DNA of 64,000 bases from Podospora anserina. Its lineage: Eukaryota. Below, piece by piece: positions 38,186 through 51,716 of the stretch. Location: NCBI GenBank assembly GCA_017654855.1, contig CM030332.1:2170001-2234000 (forward strand), in the 5' to 3' direction. The notes under the pieces are model-generated. The model was not told the origin of the DNA and did no database searches. It saw only the letters and a list, made by a program, of their open reading frames with translations. Made by a program: the position numbers and the translations under genes. The stretch's first letter is position 1. Every line of letters starts with the position of its first letter.

Positions 38186-41100
38186 TGCTTGGGCTTGTTT
38201 GAATAGCTCATACTGATGGTTAGGTGGGACTTGGCAGGAATCATTTCGATACAACTCTTATTTTGGTGGGTTGAGGCTCAAGATACAAACAGAACGTATG
38301 GTATTTACGTAGCACAAATCATGCATGTTGTTGCCACTGACAATCACTGTCTCTATGTCCTGTGCTTATGCAATCATCTAGGTATGCAGACAAATGTCGA
38401 AAGGCCCTAACAGCAGCCCAGTACCTCGGAAACCCGTCCACTACGCCTCCAAATTGCTTTTCTGGAACACGTTAGCTCACTATTCCAAATTGAAGATAGA
38501 CTGAAACATCAACCACCAACAAGACCCAAGTTCCTGAATATCGTACTGCTCACAGCTCACTTTTGCCGCTACTTCCGTCACGAGGAAAACAATAGCGTGA
38601 AAATAACTTTGTCTCGCTTTCAGCTCAGCTTATTCAGGAACACTCGGAGCCCTCGGGCGGCAATGATTCAACACTCAGTTTGTATCTCGAGTGGTATTGG
38701 TGGAATCGTGCCCGGAGCCACCCCAGGCCTGGGGACATGGGCTTGGGGGCAGCTAGCCACATCGCCAATTCACCCTGGTATCCTGAACAACAAGCTAGAG
38801 CCCGATTCGTTCGTTCTGACACTCGGAGCCTGATGCCTTCTGTCCCTAATTCAGAATGCCAACAACACTTCCTGCGCAACACCAAATGCCGCCCAGTTGC
38901 AATCGCATCGATCAGTTGGATTCGATTTTATGCATTCTCGGTCTTCTCTTCAGCAGACCGATGCCGAGACCCCCTGGCTGAAAGCGATAGGCTGAGAAAG
39001 GGTACCGTACCTCTCCCTCTCCATGTCGACGTGAACGGCGTTATCCCCCCCCTGTCCCCTGTCGTTGTCTGGGTACAAGCGCACCCGTCACATCTGGCAG
39101 TCGGATCGGCCACGAGGCTAGCTGGCGGCACAGTTCTCTTTCTCCACCTACAAATCCGGGCCGAGCGTTGGGAGAGCAAGGACGAGAATTGATATCTCAC
39201 ATTTTGCCTTTACCGAGGAAAGCTCAATTCAAGCAGAGACCAAGTTCCAACTCGTGCATCTCATGCCTGGGCAAGTTTTTGAAACGTTAATCCCACATAC
39301 CCCCCCTTTCACCTTGCCCATTTCAGGACATATCGACATCCAACTACCGGTTTCGAAGCTTTACTTGCTTATTATAAGCTCCCTTGTGCCCGTCACCCGT
39401 TGTGGGTTTTCTCAGAACGGAATGGGAGGGTGGGTGGTGGTGGTGATCCAGATCAGTCGGTGAAGAATGACAGGGGATCTTGTATGGTCCTCCAGTCCCA
39501 AAGTTCACTGCCGAGTGCCGAAGAGCGATGTATGTTGGCTTATCAGACCGATTCATAGTGGTTATTCCTTTTGCAGTTGCCTTCTCATCCTCATATCCGG
39601 GATTGAAGAGCTTCGGGATCCTATGCCCGTGGTCTGATGGACAGTTGATCTTGATGATTAATCATCGCATCCTTGTAAAACCGGGGCCTGATAAGAAGAA
39701 CAGAGCTAATGCCGAAAAGAGAACAGAGCTTCATTCCCCTATCATAAACCCCCATGACGGGACATGAATTATGGGGAGTCCCGTTCGGGACGTGGGAGTT
39801 GTCGTTGTTGCTGGTTGAATGCAATCTTGTTGAATCTTTGCCGTAAATGACGAAAACGATAGCTTTCAACTTATCCCAAGAAAGAGTAATTTTGAAGTTC
39901 AGCAGACAGGATGCCTCTTTTACTGGGCTAATTAACTGCAGGTATCGGATCAGCAGGTCTAGACCTGTCCATACACTTGACCAACTCATCTTGGGTGTAC
40001 CCCATAGATGAAGAATAGGTATCATCATGAACAACAACAGGTCTCGCTATCAGCCCCCTGCCGAAATGGAACGCCCAAAGGTCACACAGCATATGCTCTC
40101 CACCCCCTCCCACCAGAAAACTCCCTCAAAAGAGCGGTGTCCAAAAACGAACCAGAGAAAGGGTACGCTACCCGTTTTGCCACATCCCACTTTCAGCATG
40201 CTCGTTTATCTCCTGCCATGTCATCAACCGTTTCACAGCATCATGCAACCTCTCGCTTTCGCTTCCATCCTTGATCCTCAAAACCAAAAGCCACATCAAT
40301 GCTGGCATGGGACCTAGATTTACAAAATCCATCCTTCCGCACCGGACTAACCATCTTCATCAAATTTACCCCCGGCAAACCTCCATGTATTTTACCCTCC
40401 GACCACTAAACCCACTGATCTCCCCCTAAAATCAAACCAAGGGAAAAAAAACAAAAAAAGAGCAAATAGTTCCAGACCTTCTTATTAGCCCGCCCCGCAA
40501 GCAGGACCTTTTCTTAGCGGTAAATTCTTTCTCTCCGCTTATTAGTTAGTGTGTATGACGAGGAAAATTCTCTTGGTGTACATATATGCAGTGTCGAGCA
40601 GGGCACGGAGCAAAGTCCATCTCACCGTTGGACCCAGCACCAGTTGTGGGGAGCTGAAGCCTTTCTTGTCTTTTCTCGCCCCTGGGGCGTCACGAAATCT
40701 TGAACAACCTGACATTCCCGGAAATGAAATGGGAATATCTCTCTGCCTTGCTGGGGTCCCCCGGGGCGAGGCTATCGCCAATGTAGTAAACAGCAGAACT
40801 ATCCATTCATTCCGCTCCCTGTCACTACTGGTAGTCGTAAATTCCCCCAGCCTAACTTTACTAAACGGGCATCCCGGCTCCAGCTACCTCTCAAGGTACC
40901 TTAAATACCGGCCACCTTCGGATGCTGAACGCAGGTAGGCAGCTTGCATACCAACAAGATCATGTCCTGCTCACACAACCCGGGACAAAAGAAAACGATT
41001 CATGGAACCCCAAAAAGAGAAAATTGTCGACATAAAAGACCGGATACGTTGATTTGCTTTGATCTTACAGTGACCTTTCTTTGAGTGGGGGGGAAATGTG

Positions 41101-41591
41101 CTTCGTTGAGACAGATCAACACCCTCGTTACCATGCCATGCCAGGCAGTTAAGATAGGACAGATACATACAGAAGATTTAACAAAACCCCTGACCTAATC
41201 GTAAGAAAAAGAAAAGCAAGAAAACAAACACCAGATCTTTCCGTCCCAGCCCATCCTGACCATTATCGCCCTGTCGCCATAGTGAATTCTGAGTGTAAAA
41301 AGGACAGAAGAAAAAGAAAGTCACGCCAGTAAAACTCCATCCGCCCGTTTCATGCTTGAGGCTTTTGTCCTCCCGCCCAGCCCATGTATATCCATTGTAT
41401 AACGCTTTTGCTTGGAAGAACCAACATAAACTGAACAAAAAAGGAAAGAAAAGGGTCCCAAGCTTAGCCAGTGTCAGCCGCAAGCTGGGACAATGTCGCA
41501 ATTGGCCGTCCTCATGACCACCTCAACCAACATCCAAAACAGACACCTTGTTTCTAAAAAAGAAAGAACCGCAAACCCCACGTCTTCCTAA

Positions 41592-42332
41592 TCAGTGAAC
41601 CGTCCTAACACAAGCCCCTGTCCTGCTCAAGCTCGGGTTCCGGGCGCAGACCCCTACCCTGTGCACCACAAAGTGTAGGTCCCACACCCCTGAGCTGCCA
41701 TCCAAGACAACACTGATCCAACAGCACAACCGTCCTTGGCGGGACAACGTAGCCGCCGCCTCCTCGCCAAAGCCGGTAAAGTCGGCCAGCAGGCAGCGAG
41801 AAAAGACCCAGTCGTCTTGGTCGTCAATGTGGGGGACGGCGCTTGTCACGAGCTCAAAGTCGGCGGCAGCGTGGTGGTGGTGGTGGTTGAGACCGACGAC
41901 GTCGGCTGTGGAGGAGGGGAGGGCGATGGTGGAGAGGAATCCTTGGACCAGAGACCGTGGCAGGCCGATTCGCTCGACGAGGCCGGGGGCGTGGTGGGAG
42001 GCGGGGGTGTGGCTGGTGACGTTGAGATAGCAGTGCGGGACGTGGATAAGGGCTGTAGTCATGAGCTGCGACTCTTGGAGTTGCCGACTGCGGTGGGGGC
42101 GACTCGTGGTGGGCATTGTGTTGGGTAGGGACATGGTTTGGAGGCCTTGATAGCAGGTGTCGGTGGGCCATATGGCGACGATCAAGCTGTTGCCTTGGTT
42201 GCTGTCGGCGGGGACGTAGTGCCACTCGAGGGGTTGCATAGTGTGGTGCTGGCAGGAAACCTGGCTGGTGATGGGAGCCTCGTCGTCCAGAGGGGATGTG
42301 ATCTCGAGAGCGGGCATGATAGAACTGGCCAT
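41592..42332 (-). CDS. Hypothetical protein
   Basis: About 246 aa ORF with C-ending codon bias and a His run; no family recognised; start uncertain. Confidence 0.55.
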   Translation of the reverse strand: MASSIMPALEITSPLDDEAPITSQVSCQHHTMQPLEWHYVPADSNQGNSLIVAIWPTDTCYQGLQTMSLPNTMPTTSRPHRSRQLQESQLMTTALIHVPHCYLNVTSHTPASHHAPGLVERIGLPRSLVQGFLSTIALPSSTADVVGLNHHHHHAAADFELVTSAVPHIDDQDDWVFSRCLLADFTGFGEEAAATLSRQGRLCCWISVVLDGSSGVWDLHFVVHRVGVCARNPSLSRTGACVRTVH

Positions 42333-45168
42333 GTCCGAAGTGAAAGACAAGTAGGAGGGGATCTGATCAGACTTTATGGCGGAGAAAACTGTCGTTGTTT
42401 AACCGGATTGTGATGTGTACCAGTCAACACAGGAGAGAGCGACAGATGCAGTCCACAACCTAGCAGCCAGGTCGGCGAATGTTTAACACTCGAGTCTTGA
42501 AGTCAAAGGTGTGTGTGAAACAGAAGAAGGAAAGACGGGACGGCGGTGCCTCTTATCAGGAACACTGTCTCCGAGACATGCACACGGGATGGGATGTCAG
42601 CAGCAGACAGCCGGCTCTCCAGGTGAACATTAATTGGTGCTGGCCAGGTGAGATTCCCACGTAGGTACCGAGATGTACGAGGGGACGCTGGGACAGAGGT
42701 ACCCCAGGCTGGGGTTCTGTTGCAGACCCAGTCACCCAGACCACTCCAGATGTCACTGCAGGGCGATGTAAGTTGGGGGTCCAAGCGCTACCTGTGTGTG
42801 GTGTGTGCCTGGATTGTGCAACCCACGTTGGCTGTGATCCCGTCTGTCTCTTGGATGCTTTGTGGAGGTAACTGAGATCATGAGACAGGGAGAGAGTGAT
42901 AGAGTGAAAGGTGGCCCACTGGGCCTGGGGATCGGCGGATAGGGTAGCGGGCAAAATTGAGTAAAGGACAAGCCACCTCAGTTGGTAAGACGAAAGAGAC
43001 GACATATTTATTGGCCGAGGGAATAGTGAGGGTGTCTGGATGAGTTGCCGGCGGCAGCCCTAACCGTGCCGCGAGACCATTGCTCGACAGCCCGTCCTTG
43101 GCGTATTCACAAGATTCCTAAGTCGAGCTTGGCTGAAGGGGACTGCGCAAGAATGGACCAAACCGGACAGGCGCCGGGCAGCACTCATGGTCCCGACAGT
43201 TTGGACGAAGCCCCATAACCAACTGGCTAGCCTTGCCGCCGGAAGACCCTTCCAACACTTGCGATTGGATTTTGGGCCAACAGTGAGGAGCTAAGGAGGT
43301 CTAGGGTGCTCAACAGGGAAGGTAGAGAAACCCCCCAGCATGCCATGGCGTCTGTGTGCGTTGTCCCAGACTCTCAGAGCAGAAGGCACAAAATGCGAGC
43401 TTGGGACCGATAATCTGACAAAAGATGATGACCCTCGAGTCTTGGATGGAGGCAACGCGCTTCTTTTTTCTGTATTCAGCTCGCTTCTGCCGATGCCCAG
43501 CTGCAATTGAGCCAACAGGAGGGCTGTGATACGGCCTGTCGGCCCGAGATGTCGATGGGTTCGGTTAGTCCCCGGCAGCGACGCACCTTGCCAGAGCTGA
43601 CATGTTGGTAAAATGATGGTTCCGAAGAATATCGGGGTTTGCAGATCCCTTTCGTTCATTGGTGGCCCAACAGCCTGGGTCCGATCCCATCTTGTCGCAG
43701 CAATTGGCGCGATAGTCACAGTAGCTTCTTTCACTTGCTGCTTATGTACATGTCGTATTTAAGACGTGCCTGGAGATGAGACGGTGTGTTTGTCTTGGTC
43801 GGCCTCAACCATTGGCCGCTCGAACACTGGAAGCATGTCTGCCACCCTAAACCCGAAGATCTGGGAATTCAGCTCCGATTCAGAATAGTGTAATCTCAAA
43901 CCTGAAACCACAGAGAGCCGACCCAAATCCCCGATCCCGGGAATGCTACAGTGGAGCACAATTCAAGTCTGAGGATCGAAAGCCGCACGTTTGCTACCTT
44001 GGTAATGAGTCCGGTTTCAAAAAGGTTGTCCATCGTGTTTGGTATGTAGGTAGGTACCTTGAGGTAGGTATGTATAGGAGATGCTTGGAAGGGGTTCCAT
44101 ACCGGGAGCTTCCGTGGTCCCATTAGCAGATATATGCTTGTAAATGACTTTTATCTTCAATCAAGGTAGGTAGGTACACTAACGATTTCCCAAGGTCGCA
44201 GTAACTAGGGCTGCTCGGATTAAGTCAACCGGGTTGATCTTCAATTTCCCCGGATCACAAACAACCGCAGCTTGAGCCCAGTGATCGAGTTCAGCCATTG
44301 TGGAGTCGCTCGGCGATGTTGTAAATGATTCCCGAAGCTAACGGCTGAATGCCAGGTGTGAGTGGTGGTCGGGGTGAAGGCGAAGGAGGGAAGCACACTT
44401 CGACACTGAACGAAGTTGATCTGCGAAGAATACCTCACTGCAGCAATCCGTTCTAAAGATTCGGGCATCGGACCTTTCTGCCCGGTCAGCCATCAGCTGC
44501 GGCACATCATGCAGCCAGTCAGCCCCCAGTCTCTCTCCACAGATACCAAGGATAAACAGCCGCTTCAATGTCTCGGCCATACTTGTGCTATCATTATCAA
44601 TAGGAGAAGTTAGTGACTCTGTGTACCCGGTGAGCTCAAAGCGACAAGTGATCGACGAGATGCCTCGGTTGCGTTCCCGAGAACCCCTGTTGATCGCCGC
44701 GGCTGAATGGGACAGTGCCTACCTTATCTCTTGGTGTCGAGGATATCCTCGATCACCGCATCCGCGAGCTGGCTGGCGAAGATGGCTTCGCCCACAGGCG
44801 GGTTGACATTCGCCTCTGGGCGTGCAGGAACGAACATGCCGGGCCGGAAAACAGAAATTTTGATGTTGGCGTTCTATAACCAAGAGTCAGTAAGCATTCA
44901 CCATCAGTTATCGATAAATGTAACAAGAACGCAAGAAACGGGTGCACAAACAATCCAGCATTTGAAAACAGTATATACACAAAAAGGCAAAACTGGAGGA
45001 AAACCCCTTTATTGATGAAACAATGAGTCTGGCTGCCAACCTTGAACTTGAAGCAAGAAATCAATCCCTGTAAACCAACCAGCCAATTTCTATCCAAACT
45101 CTCCCTACCTTACCAACCGAATGTCTCAACAGAATCATACTGTACCTAGGCATGAAGCCATAGACTGA

Positions 45169-45838
45169 CTAGACCCCCGGTAACAAACAGAAAAATCTCT
45201 TGAAAGAACAAAACAAAACATAACGTACCACAAGCCGCTCGGACAACAGCTCCATGGCCTCTTCGGTCTCTTCCTCGTCCCAGCTGTTGGCCGCCCAGTT
45301 CACCAAGGCAAACCGGAACGGCCGCTCGCTCGCCGGGGGCAGGTGTCGGATCACCTGGTCGAGGAACGCCTTGACACCTCCGAGGCAGCGGTCAACTTGA
45401 ACTCTCTTGCCGGCCTCGGTTTCAACCTCCACGAAACGGTCATCCGAAACAGTGAGGGCTTCGACCTCACCGGCAAGAGAGTCCCAGTTGAACCAGGCGT
45501 CGCTGATAGATCGACGCCTCTCGGAGGGCCTCGGACGCTCGTCAACACAGGGTTGCGGCGGCAACGCCCTATTTCAAGAAGTCAGCGCTGGGTTCGAGAA
45601 GGTTTCCAGGAGGCAGGCCATACCAGATGCAGGCTTGAGCGCCCGCGAGCTTCTCGATCAGCTCCGGCTCGTACGACATGAAGTCCTGGTGGGCCAGGTG
45701 CCGGGCCTTGGCAGAATACTCATGTGGCATCGCTGCCGGGGACAGTATGTAGACATCTTGGATGTCTCTGCTTGCTAGGCACTGGAAAGCAATGGCGTCT
45801 CCCACCAGGCCAGTCGAGTTGACGATGATGATCTTCAT
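45169..45838 (-). CDS. Divergent NAD(P)-binding Rossmann-fold (atypical SDR/epimerase-like) protein, possibly degenerate
   Basis: MKIIIVNSTGLVG, HQDFMSYEPELIEKLAGAQACIWAL (intron 45569-45623), PFRF. The glycine motif is degenerate and the 3' end uncertain (possible donor at 45228). Confidence 0.65.
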
Positions 45839-47401
45839 TTTTGCTTGTTCTTGGTGCTGCTGATAGAATGAAGCACTTTGTTGTTTTGTCTTTGTAGGGA
45901 GAAACAAGGGCCAAATTAAAGCTGCTTGGTGGTGATCATCTTGGAGCCTATGCTGAGGTGGCTTCTGCTCCTTCCAGTCCTGTTTTTTCCTTCATTGCTA
46001 TTGTTCTTTCCTTTTACTTCTGTTACTCCAACCTACCCAAAAACCCGCTTATTCCGGTTCAGATCTCTGAACCGGAAAGAACAAGGAACTTCAGTGGAAT
46101 AATTCAAAAAACCTTAGATTCCCAGTTTCTGATATTGACTGTTTCAAGGTGAGGTAATATTGGCTGCGTTGATTCTTGGCGATGAAAGTCTTCCTTTGAT
46201 TCAGTAAAGACTGGATACCTGGTGTTCATGCCACCACGCTACACTTCACCAGCTGTTCCGACCCCAAGCAATGAAACATGAATAATAGACTGTGCCATAT
46301 ATCTAGTCCAAGCATTTCGATTTCACTTGTATATCTTGAATTTGTGGACATGTTTCTGGCTACCTACCTTAAACAGGCATATCCTCTGAATCAAATTCGC
46401 AGGTGTTATCTCAGCGGCTCCATCCCTCACTTTCTCAACCACATTCAACGTGATACCACAGTTCAACAACCAACGTCATCTTTGTTGTCTGATGTGCTGC
46501 TCCAGTTCGCCTGCAGGTGAAGGCACCCATGTGACAATGTCCAGGTGGAAAGAATAGCCTACCCCAGTGTGATTCCGCTTTCCATCGATGCTCAGCACCT
46601 ACATCCCAGCTCCTACCCAGCCTGGGTACCTAGATACTTGGCCTGTCCTCATTGACCCAACATTTCTACCGCTTACCCTCTTGAACAATCTGAATGTCAG
46701 GCAAGCAAGCCTCCTATTGTTATGCTTCCCAATGCTACCTAGTTTGGTATGAACAGAATCGATCATGTGTGATGGGCCACCAAACAACCTGGAAATCAAG
46801 TAAGTAATAGCTAGTAGCAGTTGGAACATGCCGGTATCCCACGGAATCCATCATTCAGCATTGTGACCTTTGTGACCGGGGCTCTTAGAGCCTGGAAAGG
46901 CAGGAATCAGGGAACAAGAGAGCGGCTGGGTGGGGGAATGTTGTCGTCCTCCTTCCCCGTTTCTGGTGCGAGGGGCAGCTGAGCGGGTCTAGGCTCCGAT
47001 CCTATGACACGGGGCAACAGAGAAAACTCTGCCTACCTTTCTGTGGGGCAAGAAAACTCCCCTCTTATATCTTCTCTCTCTTCTCTTCTTCTCTTCTTCT
47101 CATCTTCTTCCAAACACAAACATCCAAGACATCTACGCCCTCCGCGGGAGGTGCCTCGGACGCTCCTCAACATAAGGGTCTTCGACCTCAAATTCGTGCC
47201 CGCCCCCCGCGCACTCAAACTCAAACATGCCGTCCCCTCGGGGCACTCAACCTCAAACGTGATGGGGTTGGGCTGTCTTCCAACTTTATCCTGGGGGGAA
47301 GGCTCTTCTCCGGCATCATTCTGGGGGGGCGGGCGCCCATTACAAAGTCGGTTGGGTTTTTCGACACCCCTCCAAGAGGCAGCGGTCAACTTGAACTCTC
47401 T

Positions 47402-47844
47402 CGTCGACCCTTCACCGGGTTCATTCCCTCACTGATGCCAGAGTTGCCCACCGTCAACTCTCAGCATCATGGAACAGAGTTGGGTCTTCGCGGGGGATTT
47501 GTCTGCCCTCAATGCCATCATGCATGCAGACGTCTTGCCGGCTTCGGTTTCGACCTCCACGAAACGGTCATCTCAAGGTATTTGCCCTCGGGCTACATGG
47601 AGCACGATAAGATCAATGTATGTCACTATACCTTGCGCCTCATCATGGAATACTAATTGATCATTGTACAGTATAACCTGGGCCTGTCGTCGCCGCTCCA
47701 TCACTTGGGTCACAGTGCACGATGAGATTTCGCCCTAAGCGAAACAAGGGTTTCGAGACCAATGGTTTCACCAGAAGCGGTGGGAAGAATAATCACAAAG
47801 ATATTCTTGAGGTGGAGATGAAACACGGTGATATGATGGTGCCG
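47402..47844 (+). pseudogene. Fragments of a fungal AlkB-like 2OG-Fe(II) dioxygenase gene
   Basis: GTELGLRGGFVCPQCHHACRR; ALG/YMEHDKIN; intron 47618-47671; GPVVAAPSLGSQCTMRFRPK...DILEVEMKHGDMMV. The HDD metal-ligand segment expected after the intron is absent, and there are frameshifts. Confidence 0.6.
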
Positions 47845-50666
47845 GTAAGTTTTCTCATTCCCCAGCAAGTTACCTATGGTTCGATTGCTGACCCTAGTCC
47901 AGACAACCAGAGTCAAGGATGCAAATGGCTGTGCAGCTCTGTTGATCATTGAAACGAGCTCATGGAGAAGGAAAAGGGCTGTCAACGCCGCCGTCGACAA
48001 AGAGTCGTTCGAGGGATGGTTGGGAAGGGTGGTCATGATTCTGATTTGGTTTCAATATCTCGTCCATGTCAGCTATTATCTCGACTAGGGAACTGGAGGA
48101 TCAATACATGTATATATGGATCTGCTCTTGTCACGGAAATGTCTAACATTCTCCATATTGTCATTTGATCGTGCTCGCAGTGCCGTTACTGTTTCTTGTG
48201 ATACTAAGGCCCCGATAATATCATGCCGCAGAGTTTGCGCACCAAGTGATTGATACCGTGTTGGATGCCTGATGACCGTTGACATTCGCAGGGGTCATAT
48301 CTTGTTCCTGTGGTCAAGTTGGAGGAGACACAGACAGCCACAGAATGGTGAATGTTTCACGTGCTGTTCATTGACGACACCGGGAGATGGGCATCATGGC
48401 CAATGATAAATCGACCTCACACTGTACATCTTCAGCCCCATGATCTAACGGCACGTCATTTCTATAGAGCTACCCGGAGATTCCGGCGATGGTTATTTGT
48501 GGCATTGAATTCGGGCATCTTGTGTATGTCGCGTGTTTTAAGATTATGATGCTCTCCGTGCTTCACCGAGGTACCCTGACGGGCTGAAAACCGTGATAGA
48601 CCACACTCACAGTTTCGGTTGAGATTTGACACGCAGATTGCACAAGATATGAGTATATTCAGCACTAGAAAACATTTCGTGGACTTGAAGATCATCCGCC
48701 TCGTGCCGCTGGGACAAGATTGAACCCATCGTCACGAGGTCAATTTGGCAATCTCGCGCGATAAGACGATCCATTGAAAACAAACATCACAAGGCCAGGA
48801 CAAGAGCCAATGGGAACGCGAGAAACGTGTTGGAAATTCCCGAACGTCTGGAGCCGTGCCCGGAGCCACTTTCAGTTGGAGCTCAGCACCCCGGCCAGCA
48901 TCGTTCTTGGGGAACCAATAGCAAATCTGGGGAACCCCCACGCGAATGGGATATACGGGGGGGACAAGGCGCGGGCCTCACGTGAGACTTGCTCGATGCA
49001 AGCAGGCAAGGGAACCTGGCTGCCAATTAATTGGGGTTTTAAGGGGAAAGGAGCAGGAGGAGGACAAAGGAACGATGGACAGAGGATCTGGAAAAAGAGC
49101 GACAAGAACACGACAACTTGTTGGAAGACGCGAAGGCGATCGATCAATGATTTTGAGGTTAAAGCGTGTGGGGGTGGATCTGGGAGATATTCCTGGCTCT
49201 GGCTCAGGAGAAAAGAAGCAAGGAGGCTCGGGCGAGAACAGCCCGAAATGCCCTTGCTTCTCCATCATCTTCATCAGACATGGGGAAGCGGTGTGGCTTC
49301 ATGATGTGCGATGGGCGTGAGGTGTTGGATGACAAAGCGGGGGAAAACGGCAGCTAGGAAAGTAATAAAAAAAAAAACATGCCTGGATGACGAAACCGAG
49401 TGAGATTGTTGGCTTCTGACCGAGCGAAAACCGGGTGGTTTCCATTGATCAGTTGGAAGCCCCGATGCCGTCCTCCTTGTGAGGGAGGGAGGGGTGGCGT
49501 TGATGAGAATGGTCACGACTTGGAATTTTGGGGATTTGCCCCTGACAGAGCCATGCCGCCAATGGTCTTTGACATCGGGGGCGCCAAGCTCGTTGCCCGA
49601 ATGTTGGGGGTCACCCCACTGTAACACTGCACATCTTTGGGGCTTTGGGTCCGTCGACTTGCACTCCCGTGGTTTTGGAGACGAGCATTTTTCCCGAACT
49701 TTGTGTCCCCAAACTGGATTTGCCGTGCTACCCTTCCAGCCAACGGGTAGTTTGTCGTTAGGCGATACAAACAGCCTACTGACACATAGAATGGGAAAGG
49801 TGACGGGTGCATTACCTGATGGGATCATGGCCACAGCATGGTGTTTAGTTTGACCAGAGGTGCCATCACGAGATCATATTCGTTCCAGCTATTGCCCAGA
49901 TCGGGACCAGGTTACCCGACACCCATGTATGCGGTGTATCTCACCGCTGTCTTTGCCCGGCTGATACTGGGAAACGCAACCACCTACAGCTGTGTCTGCT
50001 CAATGACTGGTTCTGGAGGAAATTCCAGATGCCTTGGGACGCTTTTCTGGGTAGGGCAAAACTGACCAGTCGGTAGGCGTGGCATCTTCGGTGTGCATGC
50101 CACGCAAGCCATGATCCGGCTCCGGTGTCACTTCCGCGTGGCTAGCCGCTTCTTGTCTGTGGTGAAGCCCGCATCAGTCATGCTCGGCATCCCGACTCTT
50201 TGGCGCCCCCACGCGAGGCAAAGATGCTAGACAAGGACCACACTCTTGGCAAGAGGCACCCCTGGGTCTATCATCATTGCTAGAGCCTCAGATGTCCTTG
50301 TCTTGCCAGGGGGCTCGCCTTCCGAGAAGATCGGGCCGGCAGGGATGCCTCAATGCCTACGGCTTAAGCTGTGTTCCTTCAGGTCCGTATATCTTCCCCG
50401 TCATTCCTTTCCTGGTTGTCCACCTGACTTCAACTTGGATCACCTTTGCTCCACCCTGATCAAGCGTTGTGGTATAAGTACCCGAGACTCAACCTTTCCC
50501 TTCCTCCACCACCACCATCTCTTGTGCCCATTCGCCAGTTACACTATTGCTATATCACTACCCTCTCAAACTCTTACCACCAAAACCTGCATCAGGCACT
50601 CGAAGCCAACTCATACTATCAGTCAAGTCTATTCCCAGGCCTGATATTCTGTCCCATAGATCAACA

Positions 50667-51716
50667 ATGGAGCCTTCAACAAACTTCGGCATGCCCGTCA
50701 CGCCGACCCACCTTCCATCAGACACCTTCGACGAGCAGAGCCAACTAGGAAGACTTCCCAATGGCGTCTACGTACCCATGCTGGCCTTCTTTACGCCTGA
50801 CGACGAGGTTGACATTCCCGCGACGCAACGACACACGGCGCGCTTGCTCGCAGCCGGTGTAAGTGGGCTGGTGGTCCACGGCTCCAACGGCGAGGCAGTC
50901 CACATGTCCCGTCAAGAACGCAAGTCTGTGATCAAGGCGGTGGCCGATGCCGTCAGACACGAATCAGACCATGCTCAAATGCCCATCATTGCTGGCTGCT
51001 GCGCCCAGTCCATCCGAGAAACCGTTGAGCTGTGTCAAGAGTCGAAGGAAGCCGGGGCCACACATGCCCTCGTTCTCCCACCAGGCTACTACGCTGGGAT
51101 TCTCAACAAGGACATCATTGTCGACTTCTTTCACAGCGTTGCGTCCAAGTCTCCCATCCCGCTGCTTGTCTACAACTTTCCCGGCGCGGCCAACGGAGTC
51201 GACCTTGATTCCGACACCATCCTCCGCATTGCCGCGCACCCTCGTGTTGTCGGTGTAAAGCTGACGTGTGGAAACACTGGAAAGCTCGCCCGCCTCGTTG
51301 TTGATACACCAAAGGTTCGCAACGGCAAGCACGACTTTTTTGTTGCTGGTGGCAGTGCCGACTTTGTTCTCCAAGGCTTGGTCGTTGGTGCTCATGGAAC
51401 AATCAGTGGCTTTGCCAACCTTGCCCCCAGAGCCTGTGTGAGGATTGGGGAGCTTTTCGAGCAAGGGAAACTGGCTGAGGCAAGAGATCTCCAACATGAG
51501 GTTGCCAGGGGTGACTGGCTTGCCATCCGCTACGGGTTCGTTGGTGTTAAGGCTGCGATGCCATACTTCCACGGTCAAGGAGAGTTGGCTTGCGTGGAGC
51601 CACGGCTGCCATTCAAATCGTTGGCGCAGGATGGTGATGCGGTCAAGGAGATTCAGCAAGGCATGGCTGGAGTGTTGGAGATTGAGCAGCGACTTGTTGC
51701 AGAGGCTATCGCTTAG
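50667..51716 (+). CDS. DHDPS/NAL family aldolase (L-threo-3-deoxy-hexulosonate aldolase GaaC/Lga1-like)
   Basis: GVYVP, GLVVHGSNGEA, ALVLPPGYY, VYNFPGAANGVDL, VGVKLTCGNTGKL (Schiff-base Lys), G.ISGFANLAP. Intronless. Confidence 0.92.
   Translation: MEPSTNFGMPVTPTHLPSDTFDEQSQLGRLPNGVYVPMLAFFTPDDEVDIPATQRHTARLLAAGVSGLVVHGSNGEAVHMSRQERKSVIKAVADAVRHESDHAQMPIIAGCCAQSIRETVELCQESKEAGATHALVLPPGYYAGILNKDIIVDFFHSVASKSPIPLLVYNFPGAANGVDLDSDTILRIAAHPRVVGVKLTCGNTGKLARLVVDTPKVRNGKHDFFVAGGSADFVLQGLVVGAHGTISGFANLAPRACVRIGELFEQGKLAEARDLQHEVARGDWLAIRYGFVGVKAAMPYFHGQGELACVEPRLPFKSLAQDGDAVKEIQQGMAGVLEIEQRLVAEAIA

Noticed and set aside
38200..41500. Short ORFs in the long intergenic tract
   Set aside because: Mostly non-ATG starts and no protein-like signal.
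47402..47532. MITE with TCT target duplication and CGTC/GACG ends
   Set aside because: The inverted ends are only 4 bp and the insert encodes AlkB-like motifs; microhomology junctions explain it better.
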